Below are positions 1 to 12,940 of a DNA stretch of 64,000 nucleotides, piece after piece. Both the position numbers and the translations under genes were made by a program. The stretch lies in the NCBI RefSeq assembly GCF_009914755.1, contig NC_060945.1; one strand, 5' to 3'. The stretch is from the human T2T-CHM13v2.0 reference genome, Homo sapiens. Positions within the stretch are counted from its first letter, which is position 1; the number at the start of each line of letters is the position of its first letter. The notes under the pieces were generated by a model. That model saw nothing but the letters and a program-made list of their open reading frames with translations. It was not told the DNA's origin and searched no databases.

Positions 1-42
1 GCATTCACATCAAAATACACCTTATTTCTTGATACCAGTTTC

Positions 43-385
43 TATCTTAATTGATTTGTGCTGCTCTACCAAAATATAACAGACTGGGTAAGTTATCAAT
101 AATAGAAATTATTTCTCCCATTTCTGGAAAGTTCAAGATCAATACCAGGCATCTGGTGTCTGATGAGGGCCTTCTTGATGCATCCTTACATGTCAGAAGG
201 CAGAAGGGCTACAAGAAGGCCAAACTCTTCCTCAAGCCTTTTTGAGAATACTAAATCTCATTCATGAAGGGAGAGCCTTCATGACTTAACCTTATCTCCC
301 AAAAGGCCCCAGGGCTCAATATTGCCACCAGGAGAATTAAGTTCAATATTAACTTCAGAAGGGATGACATCATTCACACCATAGC
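43..385 (-). mobile_element. MaLR LTR (MLT1A/MST-like), solo
   Basis: Contains typical MLT1A/MST blocks (GACTGGGTAAG..., AAAGTTCAAGATCAA, TCTGGTGTCTGATGAGGGCC, TCATTCATGAAGGG). Ends CATTCACACCATAGC, the reverse complement of the MaLR 5' start. Confidence 0.75.
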
Positions 386-3300
386 TCTCATTATTGTAGG
401 GCAGAGTTGGAAGATAGGGCTATGACCACAGGCTCTGCCAGAGCAGGGGTATGGGGTAAAAACACCAAACCCAGAAACAACTTTCTCTGACAGGAAAAAA
501 AAAATAGCAAAGCAATACTTACTGCTACATTTTTCAAGCATGCAAAAATAAAACATCTAGGGACAACTTACAAGTTTGCAGGAAATTATCATTTTTAAGA
601 AAAGTTTCATTTTGTCTTCTTAAAAAGAGAAAATTAAAGCTCCTATGTCAATTCAAACAATACAAACTAACAGGCAGAAAAAGAACCCAGATGTGAGAAG
701 GAATGCAAATCACCACACTAAGAAGCTGAGAAATTACTCAGCAGGATCCAAAAATAATTAGGATCTGAGTGAACATATTGGTAAAATATTAAAAGTACTT
801 TGAAAACTTTTAAGTGACATTGAGTTTAGAAGGAAATTTCTTCTTGGATAGTATGATGAGACTTTTTTGAAAATAGATCACCAGTAGGGGCTGACAGCTG
901 TTGCAACATTTATTTTTCTTTTCTTTTTTTAAAAAAATTAAACAGAGGTAAAAAGTGAGGTTTCTGTAAAGATGCGTCCTAATAATAGAAGTATTTCGTT
1001 GTTTTGGGGTACTGTCTACACTGGAATTCAAGGACAGAAAAACCAGAAATATATGACACAAACATGCTTCTTTATTCAAATTCTAGACTTATAAAAACCA
1101 AATAAACAAAAACAAAGTAAAGCAAACCAACAAACAAACAAAAAAACTTCAAAGTATGGGTTCTTCTGGGCAGAGTTCAAGAAATTTGCTGCTGCTTCCA
1201 ATTTAACAGAAAGCTTTTTTTAAAAAAGGACTCTTTTATTTGGTGGAGCATTAAAATGAACAATAATTCCTATCTAGGTATATGAACAACTACAAAGATT
1301 TCAGCTATACTAAAATCTTCCAATTTTAGTGGAAGAATGATCTTTCAATTTTGTTAGTGGATTAAAAATCATAGTGATATTATAACTTGAACTAATATTT
1401 TTAAAACATGTGTTAACATGTATTTCCTTATTAATGAAGATTTAAAACTATAAGTTTTTTTTTTCCAATTTTTAGGAGAGGCAAAAATTCAAAAAAATAT
1501 CCAGTAAGAAACCAGAGGAAAAAAATCAACTGGATAGAGCAGAACTATGTGTCCTAAGCTGGGGGAAATAAAAATAACGTGAAGTATTGGCTGGTAAAAA
1601 TAGTCTACAGATAGTTATTGAAGAACCTAAGAAAACCCATTATTGACCCCAACAGACAAAAGACAATGAAACTGCAATGGCGTTAATTGGTACTTAAAAG
1701 CTTTGGTGCTCTTCTGAACATTGAAGTTAAAAAATTTAAATACACTATAACCCCTGCATGCTTAACTTTCCTTCCTCCCAATTCCACTCTGCTTCCTCCA
1801 CACTTCCAAATCTCCAAATTGTGCAGTCACCTAAAATATTTACCAGGTCAATTTTTCTTTATCTCTTCTCAGGATACCTTTGCTGATATTGCCAGGAAAG
1901 CTAGATAGAGTGACCTCAACACTGCCTTTCTAAATAATGTTGCTTCTTTTGTCCTCCTGAAGCCTCTACAAACATGTTGCCAGAGGTACTTCACGCTAAG
2001 ACTTCACTGCTAAGGTAGGGAGAATCTGGTGTCAACTTGTCTAGTTAAGTGAAAGGAGAGGTGGCCCTAAATTTCAAATATATCTGTGTGAACACTGTTT
2101 ATATTTCTGTTTGTAAAAGATTGCAATCGGAGACATAGAATGGGATTCATCTTGGGTAGCTGGTGGATCATTCCACAAACTGTCATAACCCCAAATTCAT
2201 CGCATATGATATGTCAACATTTTGGCAGGTGCTTAGGCTTCTTCTTGACAAGGAACCCTTTCTCATTTCCCATGCATCCATATATTCCTGTGTTCTGTAA
2301 TCAGCTTGTTGACACAAGACTAGTGCTTCATTTCAAACTTTCATTACCTTAGCTTTATTGTCTTTGAAGCTGCCTAATAGCCATTTGTTTTTAAAACCTA
2401 CGCTAACTAACACAGAATAAAAATATCTCATTCTTTTAGGTTACTGCACCCAAAAACTTTGATTATAATTTCTGGGTTATGATTAATAGTCAGTATAATT
2501 CAACTGGATTTAATAACCAGAAATATCTAAGAAGCAAATACCTTTTTTTTTTTTTGCTTGCTGTAAGGCCTGATAAGATAGCATTGCAGCACAAATCAGT
2601 ATGAATATTCTGAAGCTGTTTATATATACAAAACTTAATCAACTGTTTATTGTGTGTGAGAAGTTTATAACATTTTGTCTGCAAGATTCTTCGGGGCAGG
2701 CATAATATCAATTTTTATAATTGTGAAATGTACAAAGCCTGCCACAAGGTAGTACAAATAAAGTTTTCAAAACCTAAGTTGCTACCAGTATTAGTTTTAA
2801 TAAGTTCATACCAATGAATTGACGTTCGCTTTGAGCTGAGTTCAGATAATTATCAATGATGAGCCAAATACAGTGCATTATAGGCTATGGATTTATTTTT
2901 TCAACATAACAAGACAATTGGGGGTAGAATAATGGATCCCAGTTAGTCATCATTGGCTTCAGTGCTTGTTGACATATTACCAATCTGATTTTATCTATCC
3001 ATCCTCATTTTGAAGCAGATTCTCTATTATTACTTTATATGATTTTTCTCCATGTCCAAAATTTTCTAATTACCTCATAAACATATTTTTACACTCATTT
3101 TTTTCCAGGTTACAAACTGATGCACACATTGCATGTGGTTGCTATGTCTTTTAATTTTCTTCTAATTAATACGATTTCCCACTTTATAATCTTCATGTCA
3201 CTTTTTGTGCAAGAAACTTATCTTAGATTCCTAATTTGGTAATTTGGGTCATTGTGGTGCCCCACATATTTTCATCCTCATGATTCTGCGAAATAACATT

Positions 3301-3837
3301 TGGACATAAAGGCTATGTTATAGTCAGGCCCAATTCATTGAGAAAAATAAATGTGTAGACCATCTTGTAACCTTTCTGTTGTAGCATCCAGTAGCCATAT
3401 ACTGTCTTATCATCTTGATTTCAGTGCTGCTAATATGAACCAGTAAATTTAGATTTGGTCAGCTTCATTTGCTGAAAATTTATCCATTAATATTTCACCC
3501 ACAAGTTTAACAATGACTGACAATAGTTGCCTAGATATGTTATTTAATTAACATTTGCAAAGCATAACTAATGTTATCATTTTTAAAAAATTTAATACTT
3601 AGAAGTCTTCAGTAAAGAAATTTCTTTCCTCTATTTAATTATTTTGATAAGGAAGGTAGAATAAATTATTGTTTCTTTCTCTGTATGAATAGCCAGAATA
3701 ATTTACTGGACTCCTAAGAATCCCCGAAAGTGACAAATTAGTTTTTATAAGTATAATTAAAATATCTTAGGTTTTTTACATGTATATTTGATGCCTCTCA
3801 ATCCATTATAGGCATTAATATTTGCCGTTCAAATTCT

Positions 3838-4020
3838 GTGAGGCAGATTTTTTTAGATGGCTCGCTCTGAGATTCCTACATCCTGATATACATGTACCAT
3901 ATGATCGCCTCCCCTTGGGTGTGGCTGAGACCTGTAAACACATGGAATAGCAAACACAATGTGACAAATGGAATTTTGCAGATGTAATTAAGTTCCATAA
4001 CTAGTTGACTGAGTTCAATC
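3838..4020 (+). mobile_element. MLT1-family LTR fragment (5' part)
   Basis: TGTGAGGCAG...CCTCCCCTTGGGTGTGG...GGAATTTTGCAGATGTAATTAAG is characteristic of MLT1 LTRs. Confidence 0.6.
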
Positions 4021-4054
4021 CTAAACAAGTTTAGCAAGTTAGCAAACAATCCTA

Positions 4055-4438
4055 GCAACTTTCTGCCTAGGCATCTAGGTGGTCTTCAGCATCCTTTAAA
4101 ATGCAGGGTGAAGGAAGACATGCCTATACAGCACACCTGCAGAATAAGCACATTGTGGATGCTGCTAAGACTTACCACATACACCCGCTGGAGTGGCAGC
4201 TGAACCACTCCTGAGCCTGCTTGAGCCACAGCTGGGGTGGCCAAGGCACTCTGCACTGGAATATGGGGAGAAAAGCTCCAAGGCAGCCCTGGGCAACAAA
4301 ACTTGTGGAGGGCATCCAAGGCCTCTCTCTGGAAACCAGTTCACCTTTCTAGAGCTCTGGGCCAGTGGTGGGAGGGGCAACCCCAAAATCTCTGAAATTG
4401 CCTTTGGATCCTTTCTGTCATCATCTTGATGAATATTG
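4055..4438 (-). mobile_element. MaLR internal-region fragment (MST/MLT1-int)
   Basis: Reverse complement resembles the MSTA-int at ~21850-22200 (CCAAAGGCAATTTCAGAGA vs TCAAAGGCATTTCAGAGA). Confidence 0.65.
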
Positions 4439-5112
4439 GGGAGCTCACAAATCCTAAAAACACTGAAAATTTTCCACCTACCTAGAAACACTTGAAGAAT
4501 TCTCAGCATAAAAACTGGCATTGATCACCAAATAAACAACTGTATAATTATGACAAAATGATGTGGATAATGATGGTGGAATATTGCATATGATGCTCTG
4601 ACAATTTACGTAAAATATAACCATCAATATATAAAGAAGAATAGAGGAGGACTATGGAAAGTAGAATAAGCTGTTGATTTTCTGACATAGACTTAGTATA
4701 AAAGATGTTTTAAATTTGATGTTAAATGAGGAAAAGCAGGAACAAAAGAAACTAGATAATTCAATCTTACTCAAAGTAGGAAAACAACAGACTGTGTTAA
4801 AAGCAAGAATGATATGGATATTATATTAAGGTATTAGGATATATGCAACAATCAAAACAAATGTAGAACATCTCTAAATTCCAAACAAAATATAAAAAAT
4901 GAAAATATGAAAATCCCAAAAATTAAAGCAATAAAAAGAGAGCACACAGTGACAAAGAGTTATATAAATGCATTAAGGAAAACAAAACAAAGATCAAACA
5001 CCTTTTTTGTCCTATTAATCAAGTATGTGAGTTTTTTACTCATGTACTTTTAAAAAGTTCAGACTGGTTAGCCAAGTAAATTCAAAGTCTGTGATAAAGT
5101 CTGGAAAATTAC

Positions 5113-5388
5113 AGCCAGGTGTGGTGGCTCACAGCTACAATTCTAGCATTTTGGGAGGCTGAGGTGGGTGGATCGCTTAAGCCCAGGAGTTAGAGACCAG
5201 CCCATGCAACATGGTGAAACCCCGTCTCTACAAAAAATACAAAAATTAGCTGAGCGTGGTGGTGCATGCCGGTGGTCCCAACTACTCAGGAGGCTGAGGC
5301 AGGTGGATCATGGCTGCAGTGAGCCATGATGGTGTCACTGTACTCCAGCCTGGGCAACAGAGCAAGACCCTGTCTCAAAGAAAATAAT
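5113..5388 (+). mobile_element. AluJ with right-arm internal deletion
   Basis: GCCAGGTGTGGTGGCTCAC...GGATCGCTTAAGCCCAGGAG (J-type) ...GACCCTGTCTCAAA. Confidence 0.9.
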
Positions 5389-5389
5389 T

Positions 5390-6097
5390 TTCGAAATGTT
5401 TTCTAGTTCTGTGAAGAGTGATGGTGGTATTTTGATGGGAATTGCGTTGAATTTATGGATTGCTTTTGGCAGTATGGTCATTTTCACAATGTTGATCCTT
5501 CCCATCCATGAGCATGGGATGTGCTTCCATTTGTTTGTGTCATCTATGATTTTCTTCATCAGTGTTTTCTGGTTTTCCTTGTAGAGGACTTTCACCTCCT
5601 TGGTTAGGTATATTTATAAGTATTTTATTTTATTTTATTGCAGCTATTGTGAAAGGAGTTGAGTTCTTGATTTAGTTCTCAACTTGACCACTGTTGGGGT
5701 ATAGGGGAGCTATTGATTTGTGTACATTGATTTGTATCTTAAAACTTTGCTGAATTCTTTATCAGTTACAGGAGCTTTTTGGAGGATTCTTTATGGTTTT
5801 CTGGGTATGCAGTCATGTCATCAGCAGACAGCGACAATTTGACTTCCTCTTTACCAATTTGGATGCCTTTTGTCTCTTTCTCTTGTCTGATTGCTTTGGC
5901 TAGGACTTCTGGTAATATGTTGAATGGAGGTGGTGAAAATGACATCCTTGTCTTGTTCTGGTTCTCATGTGGAATGCTTTCAAACTTTTCCCCATTTAGT
6001 ATTATGTTGGCTGTCGGTTAGATGGTTTTTATTACATTGAGGTATGTCCCTTGTATGCAGATTTTGCTGAGAGTTTTAATCATAAAGGATGATGGAT
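5390..6097 (-). mobile_element. L1PB-type ORF2 RT-region fragment (inverted segment)
   Basis: ORF 5335..5595(-) reads [35 protein letters not shown], which is L1 ORF2p. Confidence 0.9.
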
Positions 6098-6645
6098 TTA
6101 TATGGAATCTACAATGAACTTAAACAAATTAGCAAAAAAATACAAAACAAACAAAACAATCATGTCAAAAAGTGGGCTAAGGACATGAATACACAATTCT
6201 TGAAAGAAGATATACAGATGCCCAACAAAAATGGAACATCACTAAGGATCAGGAAAATGCAAATCAAAACCACAATGCAATGCCACTTTACTCCTGCAAG
6301 AATGGCCATAATAAAAAAAATAAAAAAATAATAATACATGTTGGTGTGGATGTGGTGAAAAGGGAACACTGCTGCTGGGAATGTAAACCAGTACAACCAC
6401 TATGGAAAACTGTGTGGAGTTTCCTTAAAGAACTAAAAGTAGAAGTATCATTTGATTTAGCAATCCCACTGCTGGGTATCTACCTGGAGGAAGAGAAGTC
6501 ATTATATGAAAAGATACTTGCACACGTATGTTTATAGCAGCACAATTCACAATTGTAAAAATGTGGAACCAACCCAAATGCCCATCAATCCATGAGTGGA
6601 TAAAGAAACTGTGGTATATATACATTATGGAATACGACTCAGCCA
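6098..6645 (+). mobile_element. L1PB-type ORF2 C-terminal fragment
   Basis: ORFs read [23 protein letters not shown] and [23 protein letters not shown], the Cys-rich C-terminus of L1 ORF2p. Confidence 0.9.
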
Positions 6646-7499
6646 ATTAGCTATCATAATATAAAAAATTGTATAAGAATATTATTAAAAAGATATAAAA
6701 ACATAAACACCACTGTAAAAAGAGTATGTCTTTTTGAGATCTGTGAGTTGTATCTTACTTGCAAGCAAGCAAGTTTGTTTCATAGACATTTGCAGGAGAC
6801 AGAGAGTTGAAGGTCAGAATGAAAAATCTATTCATTATGTACAGCAAGCAGCAGCAAGACTGTCACTGTGTTCTCATGCTGGACCTCAAAACCACAATTT
6901 TCACAAGGTAAAATGATACATACAAACATTGTTAAAGGGTCAGCTGTATATCAAACTCTGAACCCCAAAACAGACAATACATCTTTTAATATGTTATATT
7001 ATTAAAACTGATTGCATATTAGGTGACAAAAAAACAGAATGAGATCTTGTAAAATATATAAAGAGCAATTCAAACTGTTATGTAATAAAACTAAAAATTA
7101 ACCAAATTTGAAAACAAACAGCGATTTCATTTGGAAAGTAAAACTTATAAAAAGCCATTAAATAGCCCTTGGGCCAAAAAAAGGCATTTCAAAATTTGTT
7201 AATGTTATGAAGGTAAAAGTAAAAATGTCACGTTAGAACCAATTGGAATATAGCTGAAACAATTTTCAGGGAAATATTAATAACCTATATAATGCTTACC
7301 TAAATTCAAATTTTATAATGAAAATGTAATTCAACCTAATCATTAAAAAAGAGAACAAAGTAAATCAAACCAAAAGTTAATTATGTTAAAAATTAATCAA
7401 ATATGATGGCCAAAATTAATGAAACAGAAAATACTAAAATACTTAGGCATGAAGCAAACAAAAAAGTTGCAAAATCTTTCTCACTTGTTTTTAAATATT

Positions 7500-7624
7500 A
7501 TTTGTTTATTTAGTTTGAGATGTGTTCTTGCTCGGTTTCCCAGGCTGGTCTTGAAATCCTTGGCTCAAGAGATTCTCAGCCTCTCATGTAACAGGAATTA
7601 CAGACATGAGCCACAATGCCTGAC
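7500..7624 (-). mobile_element. Free Alu monomer (FLAM)
   Basis: TTTGAGAT...CCCAGGCTGGTCTTGAAATCCTTGGCTCAAG...ATTACAGACATGAGCCAC; single arm. Confidence 0.75.
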
Positions 7625-9039
7625 TCTAAAATTACAAAATTTTAATAAATAAATACACAATACACTCCTAAAAAGAATAAATGTAGAATTTTAAAAATAA
7701 AATAAAACACATCTAGAGAACATTAACAATGTAAAGAAAAATCAGTTCTCACTCCTAATAATAAATAACACCACTTTTTCTACTGTGTGCACACTCTTCT
7801 TACTGAACCAACACACACACACTTACATATATATATGAAAAGGAAATGGAAAAACAGGGTATTGGAAACAGGAGTGAAAACTTTCCTTGTTGTAAAGTAC
7901 CAAAGACCTTGTCTGAATTTTTTTGTTCTAGGGCTTTGTGGAATGATGAAATTAAGGATGTTGAACTAGAATATCTGTAGAAAAAAATTTAAGTAGCAAA
8001 GCATTAAGGCTTCTCTGTGGTTACTTTTGACCTCATAGAATGAAATGTTTGAGCAAATAAATGACTTAAAGATGGAATTTATAATTAAAAGGGATGCAGA
8101 GTAGAAAGATTGGAAAATTTGCAGTAGCCCCCCAGTATTTAGTTAGAAGCATAAGAAGAAATCTATTTCATGGTTGTGATGGTTCCTCACACATCTGTCA
8201 ACTTGTGCAGGTTTTATATGCACAGTTCAGTTCATCCACTGCAGTTCATGGAAACTCATTTTCACTTAGTTTGCAAAATACGTGTCTCTTTTTTTTAAAT
8301 CAAAGTTGCTCTTTTACTGTAAGGAAAGTCAAGAAAGTTAAAAACACCACAGAAGCACCTCTGTCTTTCACATTAATCATTACTATTTAATTCACTAAGC
8401 TTTTGAATAATTCTAACCCCAAATTTACTATTATTTTGGCTAAACATCCCTTCTTAAAGCTCAGCTATTTCATTGGATATTATTTTTATCTATCTCAAAT
8501 ATATGCATCCTGCAGAACATTTTTAATTGTCTATGCATGCAGGTTAGTGTGTATAGTTTTATGTGTGCATGTATATATTTATCAATGTTTAATCCTTTTT
8601 TTAAACACTGTCATTGAGTAGGTTTCAAAGTTGATTATTTTCACTCAATATATTCAAAGTATTAGCTCCCTAACATTTAGCTTAATGAATCTGTACTTAG
8701 TCTAACTAGTTTTTCTTTCTGATTTATCCATATATTCTCTTTAACTGTATTTCAAACTTTCTCTTGTGTTTTTTGGCGTTTTGTAGAATTACTGTAAGCA
8801 TCTGGGGTTTTTTTTCTTAATCCTACTTAGTTTTTACTTAATTTGTATTTTTAAACCTTCTAGATTTCAAGATTTGTTCCTTTCAATAATTAAATAAAAT
8901 GCAAAACCATTTTTCCTGATATTTTCTTTCTCTTTTTTTCTATTATCTGCTTTTAATTCATTTTATAATTCTGTTATATTTTTATTGAATGAACATTAAA
9001 CATATTTTAGATTATCTCACTCTATTATAAATTTTATGG

Positions 9040-11502
9040 GAGTTTAGCTCCCATTTATAAATGAGAAAATGTGATACTTGGTGTTCTGTTTCTGCATTAA
9101 TGTGCTTAAGATAATGGCCTCCAGCTGCATCAGTGTTGTAGCAAAGGACATGATTTTGTTATTTTGTTATGGCTGCATAATATTCTGTGGTGTATATATA
9201 CCACATTCTCTTCATCCAGTCCATTGTTGATGCAAACTAGGCTATTTCTATGTCTTTGCAATTGTGGATAATGCTGCAATAAACAAATGAATGCAGGTGT
9301 CTTTTTTGGTAGAGTTATTTATTTTCCTCTGGGTATATACCCATTGATGGGATTCCTGTCAATTGGTGCTTTTATTTTCTACTCTTTCAGAAATCTCCAT
9401 AACTGCTTTTCACAGGGGCTGAACTAATTTATCACATTTCCACCAAAAGCGTATAAGCATTCCCTTTACTCTGCAGCCTCATCAACATCTGTTATTTTTT
9501 GACTTTTTGGTAATAGCCATTCTGACTCATGTGAGACGATATCTCATTTTGGTTCTGATTTGCATTTCTCTGATGACTAGCATTGTGGAGCATTTTTTCC
9601 TGTATTTCTTGACCACTTGTATGTCTTCTTTTAAGCAGTGTCATTCATATCCCTTGCACATTTTTAATAGGGTTTTTTTTTCTTCTTGATTTATTTAAGT
9701 TTCTTATAGATTCTGGATATTAGTCCTTGGTAAAGTGCATAGTTTGCAAATATTTTCTTCAATTTCACAAATTGTCTGTTACTCTATTGACAGCTTATTT
9801 TGCTATGCAGAGGCTCTTTAATCAGATTCAACTTGTCAATTTTTGTTCTTATTGCCATTGCTTTTGAGGATTTAGTTATAAATTATTTGTCTAGGCTCAT
9901 GTCCAGAATATTTTCTACATTTTGTTTTCACATTTTAATGTTTGAAGTCTTACATTTAAGTCTTTAATCCATATTAATTTAAGTATATGGTGAGAGGTAG
10001 CTGCATATTGTTAGCTAGTATGCTAGCACAGTTTTTTACCAGACAGTACTTTTCCCCTTCCTTATTTTGCTTGCTTTGTAAAAGATCAGTTGGTTGTAGG
10101 TGTGTGACTTTATTTCTGAGTTCTCTATTCTGTTTCATTGGTCTCTGTATCTATTTTTGTACAGTACCATGCTATTATGATTAGTGTAGCCTTATAGTAT
10201 AGATTGAAGTCAAGTAATGTGATGACTCAGGCTTTGTTCTTTTTAGTTAGAATTGCTTTGGATATTCAGGCTCATTTTTTGTTTGTTCCATATGGATTTT
10301 AAAATAGTTTTGTTCTAATTCTGTGAAAAATAACATTGACAATTTGCTAGGAATAGCATTGAATCTGTAGATTGCTTTGGGCAGTATGAAAAATTTAATG
10401 ACATTCATTCTTCCAATCCATGAACATGGAATGTTTTTCCATTTCTTTGTGTCATTTATGATTTCTTTGAGCAATGTTTTATAGTTCTTTTTGTACAGAT
10501 CTTTCACCTCCTTGATTAGATGCATACTTAAACATTTTACATTTTTGTGGCTATTGTAAATGGGACTGTGCTCTTGATTTGGCACAAAGCTTGAACAATA
10601 TTGGTAGAGAAAAATACTACTGTTTTTTGCATGCAAATTCTGTGTCCTGAAAGTTTACTAAAGTCATTTATCAGGTCTTGGAGGCTTTTGGTGGTGTCTT
10701 TAGGGTTTTCTGCATAAAGAATCATATGATTAATGAAGAGAGATAATTTGACTTCCTCTTTTCCTATCTGGATTCCTTTTGTTTCTTTCTCTTGCCCAGT
10801 TGCTCTGGTGAGGCTTCCAGTACTGTGATGAATAAGAGTGGTGAGAGTAAATATCCTTGTCTTTTTCCAGTTCTTAGGGGAAATGATTCCAGCTTTTCCC
10901 CATTCAGTATGATATTGGCTGTGGGTTTGTTACAGACGGTTGTTATTATTTTGAAGTATGTTCTTTGAGGCCTAATTTTTTGAGGGTCTTTATTATGAAT
11001 GGATTTTGAATTTTATAGAATGTTTCTTCTGTGTGTACTGAGATGATCATGTGGTTTTTGTTTTCAATATTATTTATTTGGTGAATCACATTTATCGACT
11101 TGTATATGTTGAACCAACCTTCTATCCCAGGAATGAAGCTTACTTTATCTAGATAAATTAATTATTTGGATTGCTGGTGGATTCTGTTTCCTAGTATTCT
11201 GTTAGGGATTTTTGCAACTATGTTTATGATAAATATTGGCATGTAATTTTCATATTTTGTTGTGTCTTTGCTAGATTTTGGTATCAGGATGATACTGGTT
11301 TCGTAAAATGAGTTAAGGAGAAATCCCTCCTCTTTGGTTTTTTTTTTTTTTTTTTTGGAGTAGCTTCTGTGGGTTTGGTACAAATTTTTTGTACATCGGG
11401 TAGAATTCAGCCATGAATTTGTCTTTTCCAGAACTTTTAATGGTTGGTAGTTTTTTAAATTACTGACTCAATTTCAGGACTTGCTATTGATTGGTTCAGG
11501 TT
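9040..11502 (-). mobile_element. Old primate L1 (L1PA15/16-like), 3'UTR part to RT domain
   Basis: Minus-strand ORFs [27 protein letters not shown] and [13 protein letters not shown] are ORF2p; 3'UTR motif GTTTAGCTCCCATTTATAAATGAGAA. Confidence 0.9.
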
Positions 11503-12567
11503 GCTTTAAACTCACAACAGTAGAAAAAGAAGAAACAAGGGCATTACATATTCAATAAGAAGAATGAACTATTCTAACTATATATGCAGCCAACATAGGA
11601 ACACCCAGATTCATAAAATAATTACTCTAAATCTAGGAAAAGCCTTAGAAAGCCAAACAATAATAGTGGAGGACTTCAACACCACATCTACAGCATTAGA
11701 CAGATCAGCAAGGCAGAATACTAACAGAGAAATTCTGGACTTAAATTTGACGCTGGAACAATTAGACCTAATAGACCTCTATAGAATACTCTACCCAACA
11801 ACCAAAGAATGTACATTTTTGTCATCTGCACATGGAATATACTCTATGATCAACTACATGCTTGGCCATAAAGCAAGTCTCAATAAATTCAAGAAAATAT
11901 AAACCATATTATTAAGCATATTCTCAAACCACAGTGAAATACAAATAGAAACCAATACCAAGAAAAACTCTCAAAACTACACAATTATGTAGAAACTAAG
12001 TAACTTTTGGTTAAACAAAGAATTAACACAGAAATAAAAAATTCTTTGAAACAAATGAAAATAGAGACAGAACATACCAAAATCTCTGGGATACAGCTAA
12101 AGCAGTCTTAAGAGGAGAGTTTGTAGCACTAAATACCTACATCAAGAAGATAAAAGACCTCAGACTAACAATCTAACATCACACCTAAAGGAACTAGAAA
12201 AACAAGATCAAACTAATCCTAAAGCTAGCAGAAGAAAAGTAATACCTGAATCAGAGCAGAACTAAATGAAATTGTACCCTAAACACCATATAAAGTTCAA
12301 TAAAATTAAAAGTAGGTTCTTTGAAAGGATAAACATGGTAGATGGACTGCGAGCTAGATTAACATAGAAAAAAGAGATGATCCAAATAAGCACAATCAGA
12401 AATCACAAAGGAGACATTACAACTGACCCCACAGAAATACAAAAGATCCTCAGAGACTATTATGAATGCCTCTGTGCACACAAATCTGTAGAAAATGGAG
12501 AAATTCTTGAAAGCATACAATCACCCAAGATTGAGTCAGAAAGAAAATGCACAAATCTCAATTGTCC
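11503..12567 (+). mobile_element. Inverted 5' segment of the same L1: endonuclease domain remnant
   Basis: ORF 11564..11902 reads IIVEDFNT..LDLIDLYRILYP..FLSSAHGIYSMINYMLGHK (APE-like EN). ORF 12377 reads ITTDPTEIQKILRDYYE. Confidence 0.9.
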
Positions 12568-12579
12568 AGCTTTACTAAT

Positions 12580-12940
12580 TTTTTAGACTCATATACCCAA
12601 TTTCTTACACCCAGATCAAAACATGAAAGCTTTTCAGCCCCCAGAATGTTACCTTGTGTTCTTTCTCTGTCAATATCTGAACAAAGAAAACCATTTTTCT
12701 GAATTCTATTGTTATAGATTAGTTTTTTCAGGTCTTGACCTTTATATAACTAGATCAAACAATATGATTATCATTAATTTTACTAAAAATGTGTCATAAA
12801 TATTAATTTTTTATCTTTTTGTCTGAATTTTTTTTGCTTATTATTATGCCTGAGATAATCTATTTTGTTGTATTTAGCAGTGTTTCATTATTTTGGATTG
12901 TTCTTTAGTATCTATTGTACAATTTAACAAAATTTATTTA
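12580..12940 (-). mobile_element. Ancient L1M (L1MD/ME-like) 3' fragment
   Basis: Degenerate L1M 3'UTR motifs (ACCCAGATCAAAACAT...CCCCAGAA...TTCTGAATTCTATTGTTATAGATT). Confidence 0.5.

Noticed and set aside
262-284. Hairpin TCATGAAGG-N5-CCTTCATGA
   Set aside because: Short and derived from the MaLR LTR sequence.
6730-6975. Possible old LTR fragment
   Set aside because: Could not assign a family or termini with confidence.
11564-11902. 112-aa ORF with endonuclease motifs
   Set aside because: Frameshifted L1 ORF2 EN remnant with altered catalytic motifs; not a gene.
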